This document shows, in pieces, positions 50,809 through 60,142 of a stretch of 64,000 nt of DNA. The notes under the pieces were generated by a model. It did no database searches. It was not told the DNA's origin and was given only the letters and a program-made list of their open reading frames with translations. The position numbers and the translations under genes are program-made. Each line of letters starts with the position of its first letter. Position 1 is the first letter of the stretch. Source of the DNA: Nitrososphaeria archaeon. Its GTDB lineage: Archaea; Thermoproteota; Nitrososphaeria; JACIWG01. Where the stretch lies: contig JBEKIG010000009.1 of assembly GCA_050011875.1 (NCBI GenBank), positions 24,772 through 88,771 on the forward strand, given 5' to 3'.

Positions 50809-51159
50809 ATGAAAAAAAATATTGACAGAAACTTCATTTACAAGCTTCTAAAACAGGTTCCTAAAGGTAGGGTAACAACATATAAAGCACTAGCTAAGGC
50901 ATCGGGGAATCCAAAAGGCTCAAGAGCTGTTGGAGCCATTATGCGCACGAACCCTTATGCTCCTGTTGTGCCATGCCATAGGGTTGTCTACAGCGATAGT
51001 GGGTTAGGGGGGTTTAGTGGTCTAAAAAGACTTGATGAGAAGGTGAAGATACTAAAAGAAGAGGGAGTTATTGTTAAGGATGGAAAGATCGAAGATTTTA
51101 GTGAAATCTTCTTTGACGATTTCTCTTCTGAAAAAACAAAGAATGAGACTCTACCATAA
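50809..51159 (+). CDS. ogt: O6-alkylguanine-DNA alkyltransferase (single C-terminal domain)
   Basis: VPKGRVTTY, RAVG..M..NP, active site PCHRVV, LKEEG. Confidence 0.9.
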   Translation: MKKNIDRNFIYKLLKQVPKGRVTTYKALAKASGNPKGSRAVGAIMRTNPYAPVVPCHRVVYSDSGLGGFSGLKRLDEKVKILKEEGVIVKDGKIEDFSEIFFDDFSSEKTKNETLP

Positions 51160-51164
51160 AAAAA

Positions 51165-51656
51165 TTATGACACAGCTATTTTGAAGGCTTCAATCAACGC
51201 CTTTGCAGCTTCTTTAACCGCCCTACTCATCTTTTTTCCAAATTCGACCTGCTCTATTTGAACGCCTACTATAAAAAAGCGCATTTTGGGGCTTGTAGAA
51301 CGCATCACGGCAGCAACTAATTCTATTGGAATACTATGTGTTGAGACCGATATCCCTAACGATTCACCAGATATAAGTTCTTGAACAATTATTGCCCCCG
51401 GTTTCTGACCAGCTTGAACCGCGTCCAAGAAGAAAATGACGTCAGGATTTCGACTAAGAACCTCGTCTATGCAATTCTCTGGGGTACTATAAGCGATGAT
51501 CACCTTATCCCGTAAACTATTTTTTTTTAGTTTACTACCTAAATATATTCCAACTTGATCATCACCGCGAAGCTCGTTACCTATGCAAATTAAGGTAAAA
51601 TTCTTTGACGATTTTATTAGAGCCTTTAGTGCTCCAATTGATGAGCTAGAATCCAC
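51165..51656 (-). CDS. Hydrogenase maturation protease (HycI-like)
   Basis: IGNELRGDD.VG, PEN, FLDAV, STHSIP. Confidence 0.9.
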   Translation of the reverse strand: MDSSSSIGALKALIKSSKNFTLICIGNELRGDDQVGIYLGSKLKKNSLRDKVIIAYSTPENCIDEVLSRNPDVIFFLDAVQAGQKPGAIIVQELISGESLGISVSTHSIPIELVAAVMRSTSPKMRFFIVGVQIEQVEFGKKMSRAVKEAAKALIEAFKIAVS

Positions 51657-51958
51657 AGCATAAAGTTGACAACAAGATATAGAAAAACCTATGTTTTGGT
51701 CCTAAATCATATGATCTGAAATAGTTAATTTAACAGTCAACTTTTACGAATCTTAACATAAGTATGAAGACACCAACTATATGTTCTATATCTGACATAG
51801 GAAGAAGAACTGCATCCTCCATTGCTCCAAGCAAGGCCTTTTTTGGATAAAAGGAGCAGTTGTAAGTGTCATCAGGAAGATATAACTGTAATATGAATAA
51901 GGATATCAATATAACAAATCTTATATAGTTTTGGCGTGCACATAGTTCTCCGGTTTTA

Positions 51959-52885
51959 GTGACTCGGATGAAAAGAATTTCATTTAAACAGGTGGGGTTA
52001 AAGTATACTCTTAACCCATATGACGAACCTATAATTAGGATAAAACCTAAAGAAACTATTGTTGTCGAAGTCGAAGATGCGCCTTCTGGTCAGATAAGAA
52101 AAGAAGGTGATGTGAGGGACCGTAATAAAATTCCATTTGGAAACCCCGTTGTGGGCCCAATTTATATTGAAGGAGCAGAAGAGGAGGAAACAATATCTGT
52201 AAATATAAAAGACATTAAGCCAACTATAGGTCAAGGCTCAACCTATCTTTCTGAATTTAATCAGAGGTATCTGACTGATGTGCCAATCTTAAAATTTTTG
52301 AATAGCAGCCTTCCAAGGAGAACAAAGATATGTAAGATAAAGGGTGGGACAGTACAGTTTGATGACTTGACCCTTCCCTACAGGCCTATGGTAGGAACCA
52401 TAGGAGTTGCACCACATCCTCAAGCTGAATCAATTTCATCAAGCGTCATGCCTGGGCAGCATGGTGGAAACATGGATATTTCGGACATCTGCCCTGGAAG
52501 TACAGTTTTTCTACCTGTCTTCAATGAAGGTGGTTTCCTCTATATAGGAGATGCTCACGCTGTACAGGGGGACGGAGAAATATCCGGAACAGCCGTCGAA
52601 ATGCCTGCCGAATTAACGATCAAAGTTGATTTAGCAAAGAGAAGCATCAACTGGCCTAGGATTGAGACAGATCGTGAAATTATGGTAGCAACTTCAACGA
52701 GCGCTGCAAGGAGTTTTGAAGATGCAATCAGAACCGCTTTCTTGGAGCTTACAATGTGGATGGAGGAGAAATGTGGCAGAAATCGATTGGACTGCCTAAT
52801 GCTGTGTTCGCAGGTTGGAAGAATCAGGGTAGGCAACCTTTGGACAGTAGCGGCGGCAATAGAAAAGAAGTACTTGAGGAAATAG
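51959..52885 (+). CDS. Acetamidase/formamidase family protein
   Basis: NPVVGPIYIEGA, PMVGTIGVAP, HGGNMD, GDAHAVQGDGEISGTAVE. Confidence 0.93.
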   Translation: MTRMKRISFKQVGLKYTLNPYDEPIIRIKPKETIVVEVEDAPSGQIRKEGDVRDRNKIPFGNPVVGPIYIEGAEEEETISVNIKDIKPTIGQGSTYLSEFNQRYLTDVPILKFLNSSLPRRTKICKIKGGTVQFDDLTLPYRPMVGTIGVAPHPQAESISSSVMPGQHGGNMDISDICPGSTVFLPVFNEGGFLYIGDAHAVQGDGEISGTAVEMPAELTIKVDLAKRSINWPRIETDREIMVATSTSAARSFEDAIRTAFLELTMWMEEKCGRNRLDCLMLCSQVGRIRVGNLWTVAAAIEKKYLRK

Positions 52886-53278
52886 GAAATTCTTTTATGC
52901 CCATTATTTCTTTTATTAGAGGAATCAATCGATGTTAAAGCTTCAAGGAATAAGCGTTTCAACAGATGTAACAACAAGGTCTTTACTAGTCTTTAATGTG
53001 CTTAGAAAACGAGCCACTTATAGACCAAATTGAAAGCAGGAATACAATTTTTATAAACGGCTTCACAGGTCCAGTCATAATTAAAAGAATAAACCTTTGA
53101 AGTTTTAACGATATTTATCAGCAATCAATTATATCATGGTTTTTGAAAATTGGAATTAAAACACAAAGCAGAGAGAGAATTAACACCAAAAACGGTGTGG
53201 ATCCTATTATATTACTCCTTAGACGATTTGTCGTTAAGGAGCCTTACTTAAGCTCAAGGATAAATAAGGACCTTTGAC

Positions 53279-53920
53279 ATGATGCGATTGATGCACAAAG
53301 ACGACCCCAGACCCTACATAGAAGATAAGGGATTACATATAAAGCTGTATAAAAACCTCGTTAAAAAGAGACCTAAACTATGGAATGCACTACAAAAAAA
53401 TCTGGGGGAACTGCTAGATTATTATCAGAAAGACCCCGACAAGCTTATTTTACTTTACGAAAAAACCATATCAGACGACTTTCTAGACAGCCGCGAAAGC
53501 CCAGAAAAGTTTTGGATTTTTCTTGTTCTAAAATTTTCTATAAGCTACCTTAATGAGACAAAAAATCTCTTTAACTTCCATTATGATTCCGTCAAGAAAT
53601 TTTATGATAACGAAATTCCAGCTCTAATGAAAACTGACATCGAAATTGCTCAACTATTAGACAATGAGCCGTACAGAAACCTTTTTCTTAACAGACTTTA
53701 CTCTACGAGAAGAGATTTATATCTAAAACTGGATAGGCTATTGAAAACATATGATAGTTTCAAGGAAGTGTCTAAGAAAGATGAAGAATTAGAAGGTAAA
53801 CTGAATAAGAAACTTTCAATTTTCAGATTTATCCACCCACTTAGATTTAACAGATTTATAAAAGAAATTGAAAATAATCAGCCAAGTTTAGAAAAGTACA
53901 TTCCTCTAGTTTATTCTTAA
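53279..53920 (+). CDS. Hypothetical protein (helical, K/L-rich)
   Basis: 213-aa ORF in AT-rich DNA; no recognisable motif. Confidence 0.65.
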   Translation: MMRLMHKDDPRPYIEDKGLHIKLYKNLVKKRPKLWNALQKNLGELLDYYQKDPDKLILLYEKTISDDFLDSRESPEKFWIFLVLKFSISYLNETKNLFNFHYDSVKKFYDNEIPALMKTDIEIAQLLDNEPYRNLFLNRLYSTRRDLYLKLDRLLKTYDSFKEVSKKDEELEGKLNKKLSIFRFIHPLRFNRFIKEIENNQPSLEKYIPLVYS

Positions 53921-54343
53921 GTTTTCAGATTGCATAAACATATTCCATTAGTCAACAGGAATTGTTATGACCGTATGAGAGTATATTTTGATTATAAGAA
54001 GCCACAAGTAAGACTTCGCTCTCGAAAGAGTCTTTTAGAATTTTGATTTAGCTAAAGATGTAGGGTTCCAGTCTGATGATAAACCCTATAATTCAGTAAC
54101 AGCCCCAAATTGACCCATGCTCACGACCATTCTTTTCTTAAAGATGTAAGCAATGAAGAAGTTGAGGGTTATAGCGATGACTGTGGGCAGAGAATATTAG
54201 TTTAAGAAATAGAGTTGAAGCTTTATAAAAAGAGATTTCTAAGGTTTCAGAAATAGAAAAGATAGTTAAAGAACTCAAACCGAAAAGGCTTGAGGTCAAT
54301 TAATTCTAAGGCTTAAATACGTTGTTTAATTGTTTTTGGTGAT

Positions 54344-54931
54344 ATGGAGGAAGGCGATGAATACAGAAGGAGAACTCTGGAATTACTTAGAGATAAATGC
54401 GGCTTTTCCTTCAAAGAGGAAGACCTCTCGCCTTCGATACGTAATGAAATAGTATTGTTATCTTATAGATTATTTGAGATGGATAATTTTTCTCTAGACC
54501 CTGAAACAAAAAACAAAATTGGAGTAAACAAAAGGTTATCAAGTTACATTTTATACCTTGTCAGCGCAGCTTTCCTTATCTATGGAGTCCTCTTACGATA
54601 CGGATCTATCCTCCCAAATCTTGCTTTAATAATCGTAAGCGTTATTTTTATACAACTAGGATATTTATTGCATTTATCCCGCAAACATGATTTAAAGAAG
54701 TTTGTAGCAGATAGTTTAGAGTCTCCAAGAAATGCATGGGATTCTGATCTTAAAAGCCTATCAAATAAAATCGTCGATGAATTAAATAAATCCCATAATG
54801 TAAGACCGCTAATGAAAACGTTGCAATGTCCAAGTTGTGGGAAAGATATGCCGAACAATTCATTATTCTGCCCCTATTGTGCCACCAAATTGGGCATAGA
54901 AAAATCTAGGAGTGATGAAGAAATATTTTGA
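54344..54931 (+). CDS. Membrane protein with C-terminal zinc ribbon
   Basis: Two TM helices; CPSCG...FCPYCA; GGTGA RBS and TATA upstream. Confidence 0.8.
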   Translation: MEEGDEYRRRTLELLRDKCGFSFKEEDLSPSIRNEIVLLSYRLFEMDNFSLDPETKNKIGVNKRLSSYILYLVSAAFLIYGVLLRYGSILPNLALIIVSVIFIQLGYLLHLSRKHDLKKFVADSLESPRNAWDSDLKSLSNKIVDELNKSHNVRPLMKTLQCPSCGKDMPNNSLFCPYCATKLGIEKSRSDEEIF

Positions 54932-55192
54932 AAGCATAAATTTGGTCGTATATGGTTACATTGAGACAGTTAGGCTTATTGTTACACCTGAGCCTATAAA
55001 ATGGATTCTACGCGATGAATTAAAATCTGGCAACTTAGCGATATCCTAAACATTAAACCCTATTCCTAAACCTGAATCTTCTCATATAGTTGAACATGAA
55101 GAACCTAAGTTTATAGATCCTAGAATCTTAGATTATATTGCTAGGTCAGAAGCACATGCATTCCATACGTATAAATCTGCACCCAAAGCTTA

Positions 55193-55270
55193 TGGTGCTC
55201 CGGCCGGGATTTGAACCCGGGTCCATGACTCGAGAGGCCATTATACTTGACCGGTCTGTACTACCGGAGC
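55193..55270 (-). tRNA. tRNA-Glu(CTC), CCA encoded, no intron
   Basis: Reverse complement GCTCCGG...ATGGC-CTCTCGA-GTCAT...CCGGG-TTCAAAT-CCCGG-CCGGAGC-ACCA. Confidence 0.96.
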
Positions 55271-55305
55271 ACATACTTAGCTTTCACACTTTTATTTATG
55301 AGCTT

Positions 55306-55533
55306 TTAGATTTTAATAACATATTTTGATGCGAGCCTGATATCTTCTGCTTTTATCGTCTTTCTTCCAGCATGGTTTGAAAGCTCGACGGCGTGCTTTC
55401 CGATTTCAATTCCAGTTTGGTTCAATACCTTTGCTAATTCTATTAAAGCGTCTTCACCAGCTCTGTCAGCACCCGCCTTTTTTAGTAGCCTATAGATAGG
55501 CGCTAACCCGAACTCAAATTCATCTGAAGTCAT
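55306..55533 (-). CDS. Archaeal histone (HMf-like)
   Basis: LAPIYRLLKKAGADR...A..L....A..LS.HAGRKTIKAEDI.LA histone fold. Confidence 0.94.
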   Translation of the reverse strand: MTSDEFEFGLAPIYRLLKKAGADRAGEDALIELAKVLNQTGIEIGKHAVELSNHAGRKTIKAEDIRLASKYVIKI

Positions 55534-55597
55534 GCAGTCTTCTTTCTTAAACATATATATAAAAATTTTAGTAGACCACCTTGATAGTTAAAGGCGC

Positions 55598-56365
55598 TTG
55601 TTAATTGATTCGCACGCGCATATTGTTGACGATGAATTAAAGCCTTTTTTAGACTGGATTCTTGGCACATGTAAGAAGAATCGCATTAAGATCTTTTCCA
55701 ACGGAACAGATTTTAAATCCAGCATTGAAAATGTTAAACTTGCAGAGAAATATCCTGATACTATTAGTGCTTTCGTCGGTATCCACCCTTGGGAATCCAA
55801 TACCTTTGATGGAACAGCGTTTAAGGAATTCGTATCCGATAACCTTGTAAAAGTGAGCGGAGTAGGGGAAATCGGATTAGATGGAAAGTACACTGATAGC
55901 ATTCCTTTTGAACTGCAAAAAAAAGTGTTCGAATACCAGTTGTCTATAGCCGAAGAATTTAAATTGCCCGTGTGCGTACATTCACGAAGGGCTCACGAAG
56001 ATGTACTAAATGAGCTTGAAACTTTTACATTAGATAGAGTTCTACTCCACTGGTTTAGTGGCACTGATAAACAGATGAGAAGGGGTATTGATAAAGGGTA
56101 CTTCTTCAGTTTTGGTCCCACCATAGTCTACAGCAAAGGTTCACGAAAATTAATGAGTTCATGTTCGATGGACCGTATACTGTTTGAGACAGATTCGCCT
56201 GTCCACTATAATGCTTGCTTTGAAAATCGCATTTCAACACCCCTACTGTTGGGAACGATATATTATACAGCATGCAACATTTTACACAAAAATTTAGAAG
56301 AAACTTTAAATATTGTCTTGGAGAACTCGCAGAACTACATGCGGAGAAGAATAATTTGGAGATGA
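55598..56365 (+). CDS. tatD: TatD-family deoxyribonuclease
   Basis: IDSHAH, GIHP, GEIGLD, VHSR, LHWFSG, ETDSP. Confidence 0.95.
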   Translation: MLIDSHAHIVDDELKPFLDWILGTCKKNRIKIFSNGTDFKSSIENVKLAEKYPDTISAFVGIHPWESNTFDGTAFKEFVSDNLVKVSGVGEIGLDGKYTDSIPFELQKKVFEYQLSIAEEFKLPVCVHSRRAHEDVLNELETFTLDRVLLHWFSGTDKQMRRGIDKGYFFSFGPTIVYSKGSRKLMSSCSMDRILFETDSPVHYNACFENRISTPLLLGTIYYTACNILHKNLEETLNIVLENSQNYMRRRIIWR

Positions 56366-56371
56366 AACATT

Positions 56372-56587
56372 TTGGGACTTGTTAGAAACCTCTCATTGGA
56401 TTTAATCCAGAATCACAAAGAGGAGTTTACGTCAGATTTCGAACAAAATAAGAAAGTTATCGAGAAGTACATTAACTTCAGGTCAAAGAGTTTAAGAAAT
56501 ATGGTGGCAGGATATATAACAGGTTACATCAACAAAAACGCGGAAGTCCCTGAGAGCGAAGAAAAAGAAAATCCGAACGCAGAATAA
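56372..56587 (+). CDS. rps17e: 30S ribosomal protein S17e
   Basis: FT.DFE.NKK, SK.LRN.VAGYIT. Confidence 0.93.
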   Translation: MGLVRNLSLDLIQNHKEEFTSDFEQNKKVIEKYINFRSKSLRNMVAGYITGYINKNAEVPESEEKENPNAE

Positions 56588-56619
56588 TATCTGTGTCAAA
56601 TTTTGGTGGTCTTTGGATC

Positions 56620-56874
56620 ATGAAAGTTGTTTTCGTAGGCCATCTGAAGAATCTTTTTGGTAGGGAAGATATTAAATTAGATAAAAACTTTGGAGATATT
56701 TCCGAGCTTTTAGTTCATTTGAGCAATATAAGGGAAGACGAGAAGGTTTCGATAAACAGGCAAAACACATTGTTTTTTGTTAACGGCACAGAGATATCTG
56801 CACTTGAAAATCTTGGAACAAAGCTAAAGGGTAACGATATTATAACCCTTGTTCCCATAACACATGGCGGCTAA
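56620..56874 (+). CDS. MoaD/ThiS/SAMP ubiquitin-like protein
   Basis: Beta-grasp pattern, VNG.EI..L....T.L...D.I.L.P..HGG C-terminal diglycine. Confidence 0.9.
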   Translation: MKVVFVGHLKNLFGREDIKLDKNFGDISELLVHLSNIREDEKVSINRQNTLFFVNGTEISALENLGTKLKGNDIITLVPITHGG

Positions 56875-57457
56875 ATTGGAGTTTATCTCACCAAGTTGGA
56901 ACGATATTTTTGACATGTGTGTTGAAGGTGCCGAAAGAATCGACAAGTTGGGCATCAAATTTGACATCATAATTGCCCTTTCAAGAGGAGGACTTGTTCC
57001 GGGCAGACTTATTTCTGACCTACTTGAGATAAGGGATGTCATCGTGCTCGATGTAAAATATTATTTCGGTATAGGAATTAAGATAGATAAGCCGAGAATT
57101 ACAGAATTGGTTAGAACTTCAATCACATCTAAGAATGTCCTACTTGTAGATGATGTTGTCGATTCAGGAGAAAGCATTAAGGCATCAGCAGAATATCTTT
57201 CATCATTAAGGCCAAATGTTATGAAGATATTTACATTAAACGTTAAGCCTAAGAGAATTATTAACCCAGACGTTTTCATAAAGGAAACAAGCGCTTGGAT
57301 CATCTATCCATGGGAACTACTGGAGTGTTTCAAAGAATTGGAGGAGAAGGGTTACAACATAAACGAAATCGCTGAGGAAACAGGACTGAAGGAGGAAGCC
57401 TTGACAAAGGTGAAGAGACTCTATGAGAAAAGGAGAAGGGAAGGGCAGACAAAATAA
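56864..57457 (+). CDS. Type I phosphoribosyltransferase (purine PRT-like)
   Basis: SRGGLVPG, VLLVDDVVDSGES, WIIYPWE. Confidence 0.93.
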   Translation: MAAKLEFISPSWNDIFDMCVEGAERIDKLGIKFDIIIALSRGGLVPGRLISDLLEIRDVIVLDVKYYFGIGIKIDKPRITELVRTSITSKNVLLVDDVVDSGESIKASAEYLSSLRPNVMKIFTLNVKPKRIINPDVFIKETSAWIIYPWELLECFKELEEKGYNINEIAEETGLKEEALTKVKRLYEKRRREGQTK

Positions 57458-57974
57458 TCAGATCTTGTTCTGCTATGGCCTAAGATTTAATCATCCCACA
57501 GACATAATAGAACTCGAAGATAAAGTTGAAAAGAACACCGGAGCCATAATCCAAGGTGTCGACAAGAATTTTGTCTTAAGCAGGGAACATGCTATATTTA
57601 TCTTAACCCAATGCCTTGAGGCGTACGACCGTGGGATATTTATTGCGAGAAAACCCAAATATGACATTATACTGAATCTACTTTGCACGCAAAAGATCGA
57701 AAAAGCTTTAGCAGATGGGGGCATAAAGAAAGACAGTAAAGACTGCGTAATACTTGGTTATTGTGATAAAAGAGAGTTACAGATTTTAGAAGAATGCATC
57801 AAGAGCTACGGTACATTTGATGAACGCATCTTGGAACCTTCGGAGGATAAGAAAAAGTTCCTCACGGGATACCATAAAATAAACTCGGAAGAACAGAAAA
57901 ATTATGACCTGTTACAGCTGCTCTGTGAGAGATCTGCGACAAGTATTATAAGGTACTATAAGAGCAAAGCTTAA
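57423..57974 (+). CDS. cgi121: KEOPS complex subunit Cgi121 (start uncertain)
   Basis: Q.VD...V....H, A...G..IARK...DI.L.L..T.KI.KA....G. Confidence 0.75.
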   Translation: MRKGEGKGRQNNQILFCYGLRFNHPTDIIELEDKVEKNTGAIIQGVDKNFVLSREHAIFILTQCLEAYDRGIFIARKPKYDIILNLLCTQKIEKALADGGIKKDSKDCVILGYCDKRELQILEECIKSYGTFDERILEPSEDKKKFLTGYHKINSEEQKNYDLLQLLCERSATSIIRYYKSKA

Positions 57975-58594
57975 GGAAAAAGATCCTTTACAGGAAGAGC
58001 TCCCTCTCTTAACACGACAATCTTCCCCTCAGAAACGTCCACAACTGTAGAATCACCGCCGTAGATTGTTTCACCACCGTCTACGTAAAGATCGGCATCA
58101 CGACCTAGTCTTGTTAACGTCTGAGTCAAGGTTACCGGTGACCCGTAACCTGATCTGTTCGCACTAGTCCCCACAAGTGAACCTCCAACTTCTTTGAGGA
58201 GAGCAAGTGTCCAGCCAAGTGATTGTACGCGAACTCCAAGCTTACCCGTACCACAAGTAATCTTAGGGGGTAGTTTTACATTATCCTTTACTTTTCCGAC
58301 AATGGTCAAAGGTCCTGGCCAAAACAGTTCTGCAAGCCTATCTATCATCGGATTCCATTTTATCAGTGTGAATGATGTCTCAGCGTCTAAGCACAAAATT
58401 GGAAGAGGTTTTTCGCCTCGCCCTTTCATAGCTGCAACTCTTATAACAGCCTTCTCATCCGACGGAAGACATCCAACACCATATACGGTGTCTGTCGGGA
58501 AGACAATTACACCACCGCTCATAATAATCTTTTTAGCCATAGGCAGACTTTCGTCGGATTTTATGTGTATGAACATACACTCAACCTTTGACAT
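57971..58594 (-). CDS. L-threonylcarbamoyladenylate synthase (YrdC/Sua5 domain only)
   Basis: FPTDTVYG, K.R..KPL, FWPGPLT, TSANRSG, STVVD, LREGA. Confidence 0.95.
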   Translation of the reverse strand: MSKVECMFIHIKSDESLPMAKKIIMSGGVIVFPTDTVYGVGCLPSDEKAVIRVAAMKGRGEKPLPILCLDAETSFTLIKWNPMIDRLAELFWPGPLTIVGKVKDNVKLPPKITCGTGKLGVRVQSLGWTLALLKEVGGSLVGTSANRSGYGSPVTLTQTLTRLGRDADLYVDGGETIYGGDSTVVDVSEGKIVVLREGALPVKDLFP

Positions 58595-58643
58595 AAAAGT
58601 TTATAAACAATATATTTGACTTGATTAGAATCGGTGTTATCAA

Positions 58644-58754
58644 TTGGTATATTCGGACGAGGAAGGGGAGGAAGAATTAGAAGAAGATTTTGACGAAGAC
58701 TGGGAAGATGATTGGGAAGAAGGAGAAGATGAGAGTGAGGAGGAAGAGTTCTAG
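58644..58754 (+). CDS. Putative 36-aa hyperacidic peptide (not in ORF track)
   Basis: TTG start; MVYSDEEGEEELEEDFDEDWEDDWEEGEDESEEEEF; AAAAG-TTTATAAA BRE/TATA at 58595-58607 and GGTG at 58633-58636. Confidence 0.65.
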   Translation: MVYSDEEGEEELEEDFDEDWEDDWEEGEDESEEEEF

Positions 58755-58833
58755 CTTCTCCCAAAAAATTTTTCTCAAAGCATAAGAAAGAACGAAGCTA
58801 AGCTTATTATCATTAAAACCTATACCATGGCGT

Positions 58834-59526
58834 ATGACGACGCTTAGTACACCGGTTCTAATCATAAATGCCAAAAATTATTTAGAATCCTCAGGTGAGA
58901 GAGGGATAAAGCTCGCAAAGTCTGCTGAAAGTGTTGCAAAGGAGCTCGGAGTAAATATTATAATAGCGCCTCCCACTCCGCTCATTTACACGGTTGTAAA
59001 AGCTGTAGACATTCCGGTCTATGCGGAGCATGTCGACATCTCTAAAGTGGGTAGTACGACAGGATTCATAGTCCCCGAACTTGTAAAGGATATGGGCGCC
59101 GCTGGCTCAATAATAAACCACAGCGAACACCAACTTCCAGTAAACATCGTAGCACAGACAGTAGAAAGACTGAAACAACTCGGTATGGGAACAGTCGTAT
59201 GCGCCGTCGACCATAACAAGACAAAGATCTTTGCTGAAATGAACCCGGATGCCGTAGCCGTTGAGCCGCCTGAACTGATAGGAAGCGGAATAGCGGTTTC
59301 AAAAGCTAGGCCAGAGGTCATAACGGATTCTCTGAAAGCTGTCAGGGCTGCAAGATCCATGTCAAAGCTGATATGCGGTGCTGGAATAGTGACAGGAGAG
59401 GATGTCAAAAAGGCCTTGGAGCTAGGGGCTGAAGGAGTTCTAGTTGCAAGCGGTATAGTCAAAGCAGCCGATCCTGAAGCAAAGATACTGGAGCTCGCAG
59501 AACAACTAAGAAAAGTGGATAAGTGA
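58834..59526 (+). CDS. tpiA: Triosephosphate isomerase (archaeal type)
   Basis: INAKNY, AEHVD, INHSE, AVEPPELIG.G, CGAGI, GVLVASG. Confidence 0.97.
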   Translation: MTTLSTPVLIINAKNYLESSGERGIKLAKSAESVAKELGVNIIIAPPTPLIYTVVKAVDIPVYAEHVDISKVGSTTGFIVPELVKDMGAAGSIINHSEHQLPVNIVAQTVERLKQLGMGTVVCAVDHNKTKIFAEMNPDAVAVEPPELIGSGIAVSKARPEVITDSLKAVRAARSMSKLICGAGIVTGEDVKKALELGAEGVLVASGIVKAADPEAKILELAEQLRKVDK

Positions 59527-59579
59527 GCCTACTGAACATAAACTTTTTGTGATGCCCACTTTCGACAGACCCGCAATAA

Positions 59580-59858
59580 TACGGGATGGTGTTCCTTTAA
59601 GTCGCAGACTCCGTAGCCTTCTGGGTCAAAGCTGACGAATGCTCCAAAGAACTTCAGACGGAAAAAAATGTTAATGGAAATGTGATCAAAGACGTCTACT
59701 CTGGCGGCGCAAAAAACACGGAAGTTGTTCTATACACTCTTTTCGGCTGGATTCCTGCTTGGCCAAAGCAGCCATTAACCAACGTTTTTCATCTAGGTGG
59801 CATTAACGCCACCGATATAATTTGGGATTTCTTCCAAAGCCACCCCAAGCAAAGTTAG
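59580..59858 (+). pseudogene. C-terminal remnant of a PHB-depolymerase/LpqC-like esterase
   Basis: Manual translation YGMVFL*VADSVAFWVKADEC...KDVYSGGAKNTEVVLYTL...AWP...INATDIIWDFFQSHPK; in-frame TAA at 59598-59600; no N-terminus. Confidence 0.6.
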
Positions 59859-60142
59859 CTGATCTCAAACGTTTTCTGTTTGTGTCCTTTAGTCAAATTG
59901 TAGACGTATAGTTTAGATAATAGAATTTAAAATAAGCGATTTAAACGTGCTTCATCGATAACACCTGTGTTTATTTCTTTCTCTATCTGCTGCAGAGGAA
60001 AAATTCTCTTATATGTGGAGGGTGCGTAGCAAACAGGCTCAATTCACCAATCCGGTTCATAACCTACGGGTAGGGTAGAACTTTTCAAGATGTACATGGA
60101 TGGAGCTAGGGAAGAAGTTATTGTCGGAGAGTTCCCTGGAGC

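Noticed and set aside
49360-55192. att duplication of the tRNA-Glu 3' end
   Set aside because: No copy of TGCTCCGGCCGGGATTT found by eye in the accessory zone
55138-55329. 63-aa ORF
   Set aside because: It is the antisense reading of tRNA-Glu
58561-58874. Minus-strand Leu/Phe/Pro-rich ORFs 58561-58764 and 58677-58874
   Set aside because: They are antisense shadows of the purine-rich acidic-peptide ORF
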